Below are positions 55,758 to 64,000 of a stretch of 64,000 nucleotides of DNA, piece by piece. The stretch's first letter is position 1; every line of letters begins with the position of its first letter. Made by a program: the position numbers and the translations under genes. The DNA comes from an uncultured Chitinophagaceae bacterium (GTDB lineage: Bacteria; Bacteroidota; Bacteroidia; Chitinophagales; Chitinophagaceae). The stretch covers positions 130,142-194,141 of the forward strand of contig CAWFMT010000008.1 of the NCBI GenBank assembly GCA_963817075.1. Reading direction: 5' to 3'. The notes below the pieces were generated by a model that was given only the letters and a program-made list of their open reading frames with translations, was not told the DNA's origin and did not search any database.

Positions 55758-56369
55758 ATGAAAAATAGTATCCTTGGTTTATTATTAGCTATTTCAGTTC
55801 CTGTTTTTGCACAGCAGACTGTGACAGAAAAGTTTCAGAAAATCGCGACAGTTCAGGACGCACAACAGTTTATTGAGGGCAATGCTGCCCTGAAGCCAGA
55901 AATACTCAAATTAACATATGGTAAGGACACGGCCCTCATTGAAAAAAGGTTATTGAGGCAAAAGAAGGGAGATGTTTTTTCTGTAGGATATGTTACTTAC
56001 AAAGTCATTGAGGCTAATGAATCAGTTGCGTTTCGCTCAAGCTATATCTTCCTTGACGGGTCATCATTGACGGTACGAGAAATCGACAGCTTGAAAAAGA
56101 TCATCACTCAAAAAGCTTCCACAGGCACACCATGGGAGCAACTTTCCGATCAATATACAATGGATGGAAATAAGACCAAGGGAGATACTGGTTGGTTCTT
56201 CGGACCAGAAATGCTGCCCAAGGAATTCCAGGACGCTGTTCAAAATCATAAGACTGGGGAGATCTTCTTTGTAGATGTTTCAGATAAGCAATGGCACTAC
56301 ATCGTTAAGAAAACTTATGATGACCAGGTTAAGAAAGAAATCACAGTGCTAAAAGCAAATGGTAGATAG
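55758..56369 (+). CDS. parvulin-type peptidyl-prolyl isomerase, secreted
   Basis: Start at MKNSILGLLLAISVPVFAQQ. PpiC-like segment ...GDTGWFFGPEMLPKEFQDAVQNHKTGEIFFVDVSDKQWHYIV. Confidence 0.6.
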   Translation: MKNSILGLLLAISVPVFAQQTVTEKFQKIATVQDAQQFIEGNAALKPEILKLTYGKDTALIEKRLLRQKKGDVFSVGYVTYKVIEANESVAFRSSYIFLDGSSLTVREIDSLKKIITQKASTGTPWEQLSDQYTMDGNKTKGDTGWFFGPEMLPKEFQDAVQNHKTGEIFFVDVSDKQWHYIVKKTYDDQVKKEITVLKANGR

Positions 56370-56485
56370 AGAGGGCATTTCAAGAATTTCACCGCAATGA
56401 CGCGAAGGCATGCAAGGAATTCTTGGAGAACCTAGTAACCTTGGGTCTTGTCGGTAAACCTATTCCAAATGAAAGCATTCTAATA

Positions 56486-56680
56486 TTAAGAACGATTCTT
56501 CCTGTCCTCTTCTTTCTCTTCCTTCTCACGGGGATCCTTATTGTCACTTTCTTCTGCATTTTCCTTAATACCCTGCATAAACGAAGAAACTGGCCCTTCC
56601 ATATGCTCTTGTGGATCAGTTGTGTGCAAGGTTTCAGGGTCTGGCTTTGAAAGCGGCTGATCATGTTTTTTGTCGGTCAT
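56486..56680 (-). CDS. small hydrophilic acidic protein (64 aa)
   Basis: MTDKKHDQPLSKPDPETLHTTDPQEHMEGPVSSFMQGIKENAEESDNKDPREKEEKEEDRKNRS. I recall the motif HTTDPQExMEGPxSS from small conserved Bacteroidota proteins, but this is unverified. The overlapping alternative ORFs (56389-56664, 56423-56650) look spurious. Confidence 0.45.
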   Translation of the reverse strand: MTDKKHDQPLSKPDPETLHTTDPQEHMEGPVSSFMQGIKENAEESDNKDPREKEEKEEDRKNRS

Positions 56681-56757
56681 AACATGTTTTAGAGATATTG
56701 CATCAAATTTCAAGCCGCGGGACTGATTTTATCTCTTTCGAACTGATCCATTGATTA

Positions 56758-57819
56758 CTATAGTTTGAGAGGCAGATATGTGAAGAACATTTTTTTCCCC
56801 AGAATGTAGCAAAATGAATTAGGATAAGAAACTGCAGGTTCAAATGAGGAAAAGTCCCCGTCAATTATATTCGGTTTTGAAGCCGTTAATATCAGTCTTG
56901 TTTCCTCCATGCCGATGGCATAATACGTTTGCCAGGTGTATGTTCTTTTTGAAAGTCCAAGAGTCTCCGTCCTCTTTATTTTGCCGTCTGCCTGCACAAC
57001 CCTATAAACATTTTTGGTGGGGGTAATGATCAACTGATCACCACTGACCTGGAACGTACCAGTTTCATCTATCAATCCATATTCTTTTTCGTCATTCAAT
57101 TTGAATTTGTTGGCATTAGCCTTTCCGCCCCAATTCTCTCCCTGAAAGGTATAGGTGCCGTCTGGCTTAAAATCATATTCACATCTCTTATATCCGGAGA
57201 ATGCAAGATTGACTCCAATATCTTTCGAATAAGCCCCAATGGGATTATCACTTTTACCCCATTTGGTTATGAAGACCTTATTCGCGGGCGGATTAGTGGT
57301 TGTTGGAAGCGGGGTTGAAATCTTATCCTTTTTGACAGTAGTAATTAGCGACTGCCATAATGAATCATACAATTGCATTGCCTGTTGGTTATTAGATACC
57401 GCCATTACGCTTTGAATGGTCGGTCCGCAATCATAAACATTCAATTGAACATAATATTGATTGCCATTCTTAGCAATTGCTTTGGCACCTAATCGTTGAA
57501 TGCTATTGCCTGATTTCGTTTTTAATAGGACCTGTTCCGATAAAGAAGAAACAGAAAAATTCTTTTCTACCAATTCCTTCCACTCATTTTGAAAATCAGC
57601 TTTCTTATCAGTTGTTGCTGTTGTGGCATTATAAACAGCAAGCTGGCAAAAGGTTTTTTTATTTTTGTCGATGTATAAAAGCTCTCTAAAGGTTGGCTGT
57701 TTATTAATTTGCCACTCTTTTGGAATTTTTAAAACTATGTTATCTACACTATCGATGATTTGTGCAAGTCCTAAACCATTCCAATAGAAGAAACTCACTG
57801 CAAGAAATAAAAACTTCAT
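56758..57819 (-). CDS. secreted hypothetical protein
   Basis: 353 aa with a signal peptide. No family recognised. Confidence 0.6.
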   Translation of the reverse strand: MKFLFLAVSFFYWNGLGLAQIIDSVDNIVLKIPKEWQINKQPTFRELLYIDKNKKTFCQLAVYNATTATTDKKADFQNEWKELVEKNFSVSSLSEQVLLKTKSGNSIQRLGAKAIAKNGNQYYVQLNVYDCGPTIQSVMAVSNNQQAMQLYDSLWQSLITTVKKDKISTPLPTTTNPPANKVFITKWGKSDNPIGAYSKDIGVNLAFSGYKRCEYDFKPDGTYTFQGENWGGKANANKFKLNDEKEYGLIDETGTFQVSGDQLIITPTKNVYRVVQADGKIKRTETLGLSKRTYTWQTYYAIGMEETRLILTASKPNIIDGDFSSFEPAVSYPNSFCYILGKKMFFTYLPLKL

Positions 57820-57940
57820 AACCTATAATATTTTTAAGGTCAATCTTTGATTAAAACAGTCAAAAAAATCAAGGATAAATGTAAAATTGAGAAATAGAAA
57901 AACCTATCCCCTGAAAGAGTGATTTTTTTGGCCATCCAGA

Positions 57941-58016
57941 TTAACCGCCCCTTCGACTCCGCTCAGGACTCGCAAGGGCGCGAGGCAGCGCAGGATAAAT
58001 TGCGAAACATAAAATT
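57941..58016. repeat. degenerate ttaaccgcc-type element
   Basis: ttaaccgccccttcgactccgctcaggactcgcaagggcgcgaggcagcgcaggataaattgcgaaac. Confidence 0.45.
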
Positions 58017-58089
58017 CACTTAGGCCAGTAAACTTCAGAGCGAAATGGCATTAATTGTTGAAATTTGAGATAATCAAACGAAACTGAAG

Positions 58090-59280
58090 ATGAAACTGAT
58101 TGGCTCATTACTAATGATTTCTTTTTTTACAATTGGATCCTTCCAAAGCAACAACGTAGTTGCGCAACCTAATGGTGACTTCAATTCAAGGTTCAAAAAG
58201 TTAGAAGATGATAATTTAAATAAACCCTATGCAGGAATTATTACTTCAAAGGGAGTAGAGAAAGGACTGTATCCCATTAAATCAACTGGAGTAAGTACTA
58301 AACCTATCAAAGAGGCAGGAGAATTATTTTTGAAATCCCTCACTAAAGAACAACTGCCTAAAACGCAATTTGAAATTGATGATAAGGAATGGCTAAAGTG
58401 GTCAAATGTGGACAATGGCCTCTACAAAAGGCAGGGTATTAGCATAAAAGAGATGTCAAAAGATCAACGAAAACTGGCTTTTCAACTAATGCAAAAGGCA
58501 TTAAGTGCAAAAGGACTGAAGCTGAGTAAGGATATTATGAAAACAGATCAAACATTACGTGAACTGAATGATGGGAACCCCATTTATGATGAAGAACTTT
58601 ACTTTTTTACCATCATGGGAAATCCTTCTTTAACGGATCCCTGGGGATGGCAGATCGACGGACATCATTTGGTTATTAATTATTTTATTCTGGGCGACCA
58701 GGTTGTAATGACACCTGTCTTCATGGGAGGAGAACCAATTGTAACAACTTCTGGAAAATATAAAGGCAATACTCTATTCCAGGATGAGCAGAACTTTGGG
58801 CTGAAATTCATGCAATCCCTGTCCCCCGAAATGCAAAAGCAAGCAACTCTATCGCCCGATAAAGGAAGAAACAATATTCAGGCGGAAAGTTTTTCTGACA
58901 GCAAAACGGTGAATTATGAAGGATTGGCAGTTTCACTCCTGACTCAGCAGCAAAAAGAGAAATTATTGGATTTAGCCAATCAATATATTTCCAATATGGA
59001 GGAAGGACACGCAAAAATAAAATTAGAAGATATTAAGAAGCATATTGATAACACCTGGTTTGCATGGATTGGCAAGACAGATAAAGACGCTGTTTTCTAT
59101 TACCGAATTAATAGTCCGGTCGTCTTGATAGAATTTGATCATCAGGGGCCAATTGGAATAGCTGGACCTAATCGTGAAGCATCAAGAAATCATATCCATA
59201 CCATAGTAAGAACTCCTAATGGAAATGATTACGGGAAAGATCTGTTGAAGCAACATATAGAAAAACATCATAAACACTAA
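58090..59280 (+). CDS. DUF3500-like secreted protein
   Basis: Signal peptide. ...PWGWQIDGHHLVINYFILGDQVVMTPVFMGGEP... and ...VVLIEFDHQ... recall DUF3500 family signatures. Confidence 0.6.
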   Translation: MKLIGSLLMISFFTIGSFQSNNVVAQPNGDFNSRFKKLEDDNLNKPYAGIITSKGVEKGLYPIKSTGVSTKPIKEAGELFLKSLTKEQLPKTQFEIDDKEWLKWSNVDNGLYKRQGISIKEMSKDQRKLAFQLMQKALSAKGLKLSKDIMKTDQTLRELNDGNPIYDEELYFFTIMGNPSLTDPWGWQIDGHHLVINYFILGDQVVMTPVFMGGEPIVTTSGKYKGNTLFQDEQNFGLKFMQSLSPEMQKQATLSPDKGRNNIQAESFSDSKTVNYEGLAVSLLTQQQKEKLLDLANQYISNMEEGHAKIKLEDIKKHIDNTWFAWIGKTDKDAVFYYRINSPVVLIEFDHQGPIGIAGPNREASRNHIHTIVRTPNGNDYGKDLLKQHIEKHHKH

Positions 59281-59322
59281 TTAAACTTAACCGCGAAGAT
59301 TCTACGATGCAGTGTTTAATGC

Positions 59323-59451
59323 GAGTGAATGCAAAATGAAAAATTTAGAATGCAAAATTCATTGTTTCAAAAAACAAAGGAGGTTGGTGATTTATGTCCT
59401 TCTTCAATCAATCATTTTACACTTTTCATTATACATTTTACATTCTCACTC
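59323..59451. repeat. AT-rich imperfect inverted repeat of the same word family as 6336-6425
   Basis: gagtgaatgcaaaatgaaaaatttagaatgcaaaattcattg (59323-59364) versus atcattttacacttttcattatacattttacattctcactc (59411-59451). Lies between convergent genes. Confidence 0.55.
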
Positions 59452-59479
59452 ATCTCGTTCTTGTTAGTGGCCAATCTTA

Positions 59480-60382
59480 CTATTTTCCCTTTAATTTCTC
59501 AGTGAAGAAATCTGTAGTGCGCTTCCACGCAAGTTCTGCAGCGGCTTTATCGTATCGAGGTGTTGTATCATTATGAAACCCGTGATTCGCATTCGGATAC
59601 ATATGCGCAGTATACTCCTTCTTGTGTTCTTTTAAAGCAGCTTCATACGCAGGCCAACCTTCATTAACGCGTGTATCAAGTTCACCATAATGTAGCAGAA
59701 GTGGAGCCTTGATTTTCGGAACATCTTCAGTTGGAGGCTGACCTCCGTAAAATGGAACAGATGCTGCAAGATCTGGAATTCGCACTGCCATCATATTTGC
59801 AATCCAGCCGCCGAAGCAAAAGCCTACTGCTCCAACCTTACCATTACATTCTTTATTCGCTTTTAATGTTTCGAAGGCAGCTATAAAATCTTCCAGCATT
59901 TCATTTCTATCGCGCTTGGCCTGAAGTTCTCTTCCTTTATCATCATTTCCAGGATAACCTCCCAGAGGAGTTAAGGCATCGGGAGCGATAGAGATAAATC
60001 CGGCAAGCGCCGCTCTTCTGGCTACATCTTCGATATGCGGATTTAACCCTCTGTTCTCATGAATTACTACAATACTACCAAGTTTTCCTTTTGCATCCGC
60101 AGGCCTTGATAATAAAGCCTTGATAGTTCCTCCACCTTTGGGCGACTGATAGTTGATGTATTCCGACTTTATCCTTGGATCATTTTGCTGAATCTGAATT
60201 GCACCATGGTAATCGGGCATGAGAAAACTCATAAGCGATGCAACTGTCAATCCACCCACAGCATATGTAGAGAGCTTTTGAATAAACTCCCGGCGGTCAA
60301 CCCGGTTGTGGGCGTAGTCATCATACAAATCAAACACTTCCTGCTTGATGTCTTCCTTCTTGATCTCTGTCATAACGATCAA
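59480..60382 (-). CDS. dienelactone hydrolase family protein
   Basis: ...[21 protein letters not shown]..., nucleophile region GAVGFCFGG, ...HYGELDTRV..., ...NANHGFHND. The N-terminus has an RREF + hydrophobic stretch (possible Tat/TM signal). Confidence 0.8.
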   Translation of the reverse strand: MIVMTEIKKEDIKQEVFDLYDDYAHNRVDRREFIQKLSTYAVGGLTVASLMSFLMPDYHGAIQIQQNDPRIKSEYINYQSPKGGGTIKALLSRPADAKGKLGSIVVIHENRGLNPHIEDVARRAALAGFISIAPDALTPLGGYPGNDDKGRELQAKRDRNEMLEDFIAAFETLKANKECNGKVGAVGFCFGGWIANMMAVRIPDLAASVPFYGGQPPTEDVPKIKAPLLLHYGELDTRVNEGWPAYEAALKEHKKEYTAHMYPNANHGFHNDTTPRYDKAAAELAWKRTTDFFTEKLKGK

Positions 60383-60555
60383 TATTAGTTAGTGTATAAA
60401 TTTAAGGATTTAAGACACTCAATTCAAGATTAAGAAATCTTCTCTGCGAAATCTCTTTTTACTCTTTTTCTCTGCGGTTTTTTATCACCGCAAAGAATAG
60501 AGACGCAGAGTTATGCAGAGACACTCTTGGATTTAACTCAGTGATTTGTGAAGCT

Positions 60556-60906
60556 TTAGCCCTTGGCCTTCACCGGCATCAATCGTTGAACGATTCCTAA
60601 AATCAAGAGGATTACAAAAACACGCAGGAAATCAGAAAATGAACTAAAGAATCCAAGGATACTGTCAGAGATAAGCTGAATCGTTGATGAGTCAATCTCC
60701 CACACAATTTTAGGCAGGAATAAAATAAGTAAGCCTGCAATACAAAGAAGAGGAATGGAATAGATCATAGCTCTTCGTATAATAAATCTCTTCTTGTCCT
60801 GCCTCATTATTTTGTCCATTAGGATATCGTTGAATCTTGAATCCCCGATGAACTGCTTGCTGTCCCTCATCATATTTTGGAGAAGCGGGTCTTTCTCTTC
60901 GTTCAT
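60556..60906 (-). CDS. membrane protein, putative anti-sigma partner
   Basis: 116 aa with TM segments. ATGA overlap with the upstream sigma factor gene. Confidence 0.45.
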   Translation of the reverse strand: MNEEKDPLLQNMMRDSKQFIGDSRFNDILMDKIMRQDKKRFIIRRAMIYSIPLLCIAGLLILFLPKIVWEIDSSTIQLISDSILGFFSSFSDFLRVFVILLILGIVQRLMPVKAKG

Positions 60907-61469
60907 TGCAATAGGCTTTTAGTTTCCAATTTTAGGATTTCTGAAATTGACTGATACATTTTCTTTCGGGCACGGTGCAGTTGCATTTTTACATTATCAG
61001 CAGAGATTGATGTGATTTCTGCTATCTCTGCAATGGTGTTCTCTTGCAAATAATAAAGTGTTAGAACAAGCGCATCTTCCATTTTCAACTTATTCAGACC
61101 CTCATTAATGTATTTTATCCTTTCTTCCTGAGTTAACTTTCCATAAGCTTCCTCCATGTTATCAACTAAATGGTCCGGAAGATTTCCCGAATCAAGTTGT
61201 TTGAAAGGTGCAAGCTTCCTTCTGGCTTTACTCAGGGATTTATTGACTACAATTTTGTAAAACCAGGTTGAAAACCGGGAATCTCCCCTGAACCCACTCA
61301 AGGAATTATAAGCTTTAAGAAAGGCATCCTGCACAATCTCTTCCGCATCTTCTGTATTATTCACGATCCTTACTGCAATTGAGTAAGCCATATCCTTATA
61401 TGTGTCAATAAAATAGGAAAATTTAGAAGTGTCCCCTGTGATTATTTGCTGAATGTAAAAAAGCTCCAT
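60903..61469 (-). CDS. ECF-type sigma-70 family RNA polymerase sigma factor
   Basis: Region 2 (EEIVQDAFLKAY...FSTWFYKIVVN) and region 4 (LVLTLYYLQENTIAEIAEITSISADNVKMQLHRARKKM). Confidence 0.85.
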   Translation of the reverse strand: MELFYIQQIITGDTSKFSYFIDTYKDMAYSIAVRIVNNTEDAEEIVQDAFLKAYNSLSGFRGDSRFSTWFYKIVVNKSLSKARRKLAPFKQLDSGNLPDHLVDNMEEAYGKLTQEERIKYINEGLNKLKMEDALVLTLYYLQENTIAEIAEITSISADNVKMQLHRARKKMYQSISEILKLETKSLLQ

Positions 61470-61480
61470 AAAATGCTTTT

Positions 61481-61870
61481 TTACTTCCTGCTTTTTGCTT
61501 TGTATAAATGATACCCCACCAGTCCCAACCCGCCAAAAAATAGTCCTAGCGCATCCACTGCTGTTTTCTGTTCAAGTCCGACGGAAAATGAGATCACATA
61601 GCCTATAAAGGCGCCTAAACCAATACCTGCCAGTAATAGCCCCCAGAATAGCGGATCACTGCTGGCACCTTTAGGCTGTTTCTTTTCGGCCAGGGATGGA
61701 TCCATATTCCTTTCGATGAGAGCCATTCTTTCACGGCTCTGGTTTTCCAGCATGGTCATTCTTTCCTGGTATTGAGCCGGTAATACCAACTTCAAAACAT
61801 AAAACGCAATCACCAGTCCAATGAAGACAATTGCTGCTACTACAATTAATACGATTTGGTAATCTGTCAT
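61481..61870 (-). CDS. small membrane protein, first gene of the sigma operon
   Basis: 129 aa: TM segment, helical linker, then 2-3 Gly-rich TM segments. Confidence 0.55.
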   Translation of the reverse strand: MTDYQIVLIVVAAIVFIGLVIAFYVLKLVLPAQYQERMTMLENQSRERMALIERNMDPSLAEKKQPKGASSDPLFWGLLLAGIGLGAFIGYVISFSVGLEQKTAVDALGLFFGGLGLVGYHLYKAKSRK

Positions 61871-62138
61871 TGTTATCTATTTAATAAGTGTAAAAGTAGT
61901 TTCACTGCAGGAATTAGACACCTGACAGGGATCTGCGGTAACCAGAGAGATCATTATATTTTTGACACTGATAATTTGGTTGATGGACCGGCGACAAGCA
62001 ATCAAGTCCGCATGAAATTTAAGTCGCTGGCAGTCAGCATTGCAGAAGGGAAGATGCACTCAAATCAAAACATTCCTTAAACAAATCAGTTGAATGAATT
62101 AGCACAATCACCCGAAGATCAAATAGGAAATAGTTTCT

Positions 62139-62174
62139 AAAAAAATTGGGTTCAATCTCAATGATCGAACCCAA
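62139..62174 (-). terminator. rho-independent terminator of the TonB-dependent receptor gene
   Basis: ttgggttcgatc / gattgaacccaa: a 12-bp stem with 1 mismatch, followed by T7 on the minus strand. Confidence 0.7.
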
Positions 62175-62194
62175 ATAAAATTTTGTTGTTTAGA

Positions 62195-64000
62195 TTAAAA
62201 CTTCGCTCCAACACTTATGAAAAAGGTTCTGCCATCGCCAGGCAAAACTCCGGGGCCTGGGTAACCACCTGCTCTTCGAGTGAAATACCTTTCATCAAAA
62301 AGATTATTAATTCCGGCTTTGACATTTAATCCTCTTGAGAATTTATATGTAGCGGTAAGATCAGTGATCTTGTAAGATGGTATCAAACCATTCTGACCAT
62401 TTGCAATTGGGGTAACAGTATTATTGGCATCACTGTAAGTTTCACCCACAGAACTGATTTGTCCGGTCAGGAGGATAGATTTATACCCCGCTGAAATACC
62501 GCCACGAAAAATATTGGCTGGTGCATTCTCAACTTTTTTTCCTCTTGTTGCTGCGTCTTTATGGTCGCCACTATATTTCGCATCAGTATAACTATAAGAA
62601 CCAAAAATAATCACGTCCGCATTCTTACTATTTGTAAATGCCCTTATTGGATTAAACTCCACATATGTTTCCACCCCCTTACTAATGCTATTTCCAACAT
62701 TTGTGATCAAACGATAGTTTGCACCGGAAGGAGTGATTGTTCCAACCCTGTTATTGTATTGCAGAAGGAATCCGCTGAGATCAAATTGGAGAAAGGCCCC
62801 AAGCTTGCCACGATATCCTGCATCAATATTATATCCCTTTGCATCCTTTAAGTTAGGATCTACCACATCTGTAGTTGGAGGAGCCTGAAGATTCGCAAAT
62901 TGAATCGGACGATATGCCTGTGTATAATTTGCATAGAATTCAGTGGTTTTTGTAACATGATATTCAGCACCTACGCCTGCTAATAAGAAACTCCGTCCTC
63001 TGGTAATATTCTGCAATATGATTTCACTTCCCCCTGATGAATATCCATTTCTTCCAGAAGCAGAACCTTCAAGCCATTCGTAGCGAATGCCGGGAATTAT
63101 TATGAACTCGTTCGAGAGACGAAAAATATTCTCAACAAAAGCGGCTGCATTTTGTGATTTAAATTCTATATCTCGGGGATAATTTCCGATCACAGATACA
63201 TCATACTCAGTTCCTGCTGTACCCTTTCCATCAGCTCTACGATGGGTGGTACCAGTATATAATCTTATACCACCAGAAACAGTATTCAACATTTTACCTA
63301 AATAATAATCTGTAATGAACCTGCTCTCCAAACCAAAATTTCTATACTGATCGATATTTAAAACTCTGTTATTATATGTGCCAGTTGCAGGATTGATGCT
63401 ATCCTTTACAAGAATTGGATTTGTAAATCCTACACTATTCCGGTCGCCGATCGTTGCGAACAACTTTGTGGTCCAACGAGTTTTTTCGTTTATCTGAAAG
63501 TTAGCGGTCAATGCTGGATTTGTCCATACAATATCGAACCAGTTTCTACTACGGAAACTTTGTTGGGCGTCCTCTTTAAATTGCTGGTCTGTCAATCCAC
63601 CTGCCTGCTGACTCCGAATATGCGAATGCATGATCTCAGCTGTTAGAGAAAACTTAGGCGAAAAATAATAGCTGATTGTTCCAAAAGCAGCATTGGTGAA
63701 ATAACTACTATTTTTTCTCCAGCCATCCCCATTGCGATGATCAAAGAATGAATAGTAATGTAGATTTTTTGTCTTTCCGCCTATTGCATTGTAACTATTA
63801 AATAATGCATTGCTTCCTACAGTTTGCTGTGTTTCAAATTCAACCTTCTTCTCCATTTCGCTGCCATTCCGAAGAATATAGTTAATCAATCCACCAAATT
63901 GTGCCCCATATTGCAGTGAACCTTGTCCACGAACAATTTCAATTCGTTGCACAGCCTGTAATTGAGGATTATAATAAGCTTCGGGATATCCAAAAGGATC
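62195..64000 (-). CDS. TonB-dependent receptor, C-terminal ~600 codons (the 5' part lies beyond the right edge)
   Basis: The ORF is open to the window end. ...VQRIEIVRGQGSLQYGAQFGG... marks the end of the plug and start of the barrel. The beta-barrel repeats end in ...TFFISVGAKF, with the terminal Phe. Confidence 0.85.
   Translation of the reverse strand, partial: DPFGYPEAYYNPQLQAVQRIEIVRGQGSLQYGAQFGGLINYILRNGSEMEKKVEFETQQTVGSNALFNSYNAIGGKTKNLHYYSFFDHRNGDGWRKNSSYFTNAAFGTISYYFSPKFSLTAEIMHSHIRSQQAGGLTDQQFKEDAQQSFRSRNWFDIVWTNPALTANFQINEKTRWTTKLFATIGDRNSVGFTNPILVKDSINPATGTYNNRVLNIDQYRNFGLESRFITDYYLGKMLNTVSGGIRLYTGTTHRRADGKGTAGTEYDVSVIGNYPRDIEFKSQNAAAFVENIFRLSNEFIIIPGIRYEWLEGSASGRNGYSSGGSEIILQNITRGRSFLLAGVGAEYHVTKTTEFYANYTQAYRPIQFANLQAPPTTDVVDPNLKDAKGYNIDAGYRGKLGAFLQFDLSGFLLQYNNRVGTITPSGANYRLITNVGNSISKGVETYVEFNPIRAFTNSKNADVIIFGSYSYTDAKYSGDHKDAATRGKKVENAPANIFRGGISAGYKSILLTGQISSVGETYSDANNTVTPIANGQNGLIPSYKITDLTATYKFSRGLNVKAGINNLFDERYFTRRAGGYPGPGVLPGDGRTFFISVGAKF

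Noticed and set aside
56389-56664. ORFs 56389-56664(-) and 56423-56650(+), alternatives to the small acidic protein
   Set aside because: Both start within or run through a degenerate ttaaccgcc-type repeat and have basic, low-complexity composition. The third frame (56486-56680) gives a plausible hydrophilic protein with a motif I recognise.
1-64000. Genomic-island or mobile-element explanation for the EPS/T9SS region (integrase, transposase, tRNA boundary, phage genes), and canonical defence systems (cas, restriction-modification, toxin-antitoxin, Abi-type genes)
   Set aside because: I found no ORF in the window with recognisable integrase, transposase, recombinase, phage, nuclease-methylase or toxin-antitoxin motifs. 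No tRNA gene was seen either. Only non-autonomous repeats are present, so no such call is made.

Overview
This 64-kb chromosomal segment looks like Bacteroidota, probably Chitinophagia or Sphingobacteriia. The evidence is many proteins with type IX secretion (T9SS) C-terminal sorting domains, a TonB-dependent receptor next to an ECF sigma factor, and AT-rich intergenic DNA. No transposase, integrase, cas, tRNA or rRNA gene was recognised.

Layout, left to right:
1. recG 5' part (1-952).
2. A mycobacterial-type decaprenyl-phospho-arabinose (DPA)-like cassette (2763-6335): a UbiA phosphoribosyltransferase, a DprE1-like FAD oxidase, a DprE2-like short-chain dehydrogenase (SDR) and a HAD-IB hydrolase. 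It is divergent from a GT-C-like membrane glycosyltransferase. The GT-C, DprE1-like and DprE2-like genes all carry several frame disruptions.
3. Three tandem paralogs encoding secreted esterase + PKD repeats + T9SS sorting domain, with 2, about 7 and 13 PKD modules (6443-17968), interrupted by an FkbM methyltransferase gene.
4. A roughly 22-kb exopolysaccharide (EPS)-type locus (18228-40780). It has three GT2 genes (one frameshifted), a sugar-phosphate transferase fused to a degenerate receiver domain, a stand-alone CheY-like gene and a 2363-aa T9SS multidomain protein. It also has a Wzc-like protein, two acyltransferase-3 genes, a GT-B glycosyltransferase, a Wzy/O-antigen-ligase-like protein, a half-size TolC-like protein and a large polytopic membrane protein.
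5. A mosaic of small regulatory, secreted and detoxification-type genes (41-51 kb).
6. A fifth esterase paralog with poly-proline linkers (51199-53019).
7. A 0.8-kb mosaic tandem array of quasi-palindromic units (53085-53865), plus a flanked gene remnant.
8. Housekeeping-like genes, ending in an ECF sigma operon and a partial TonB-dependent receptor.

At least three dispersed intergenic repeat families are visible. All functional calls come from motif recognition by eye. No database search was run.
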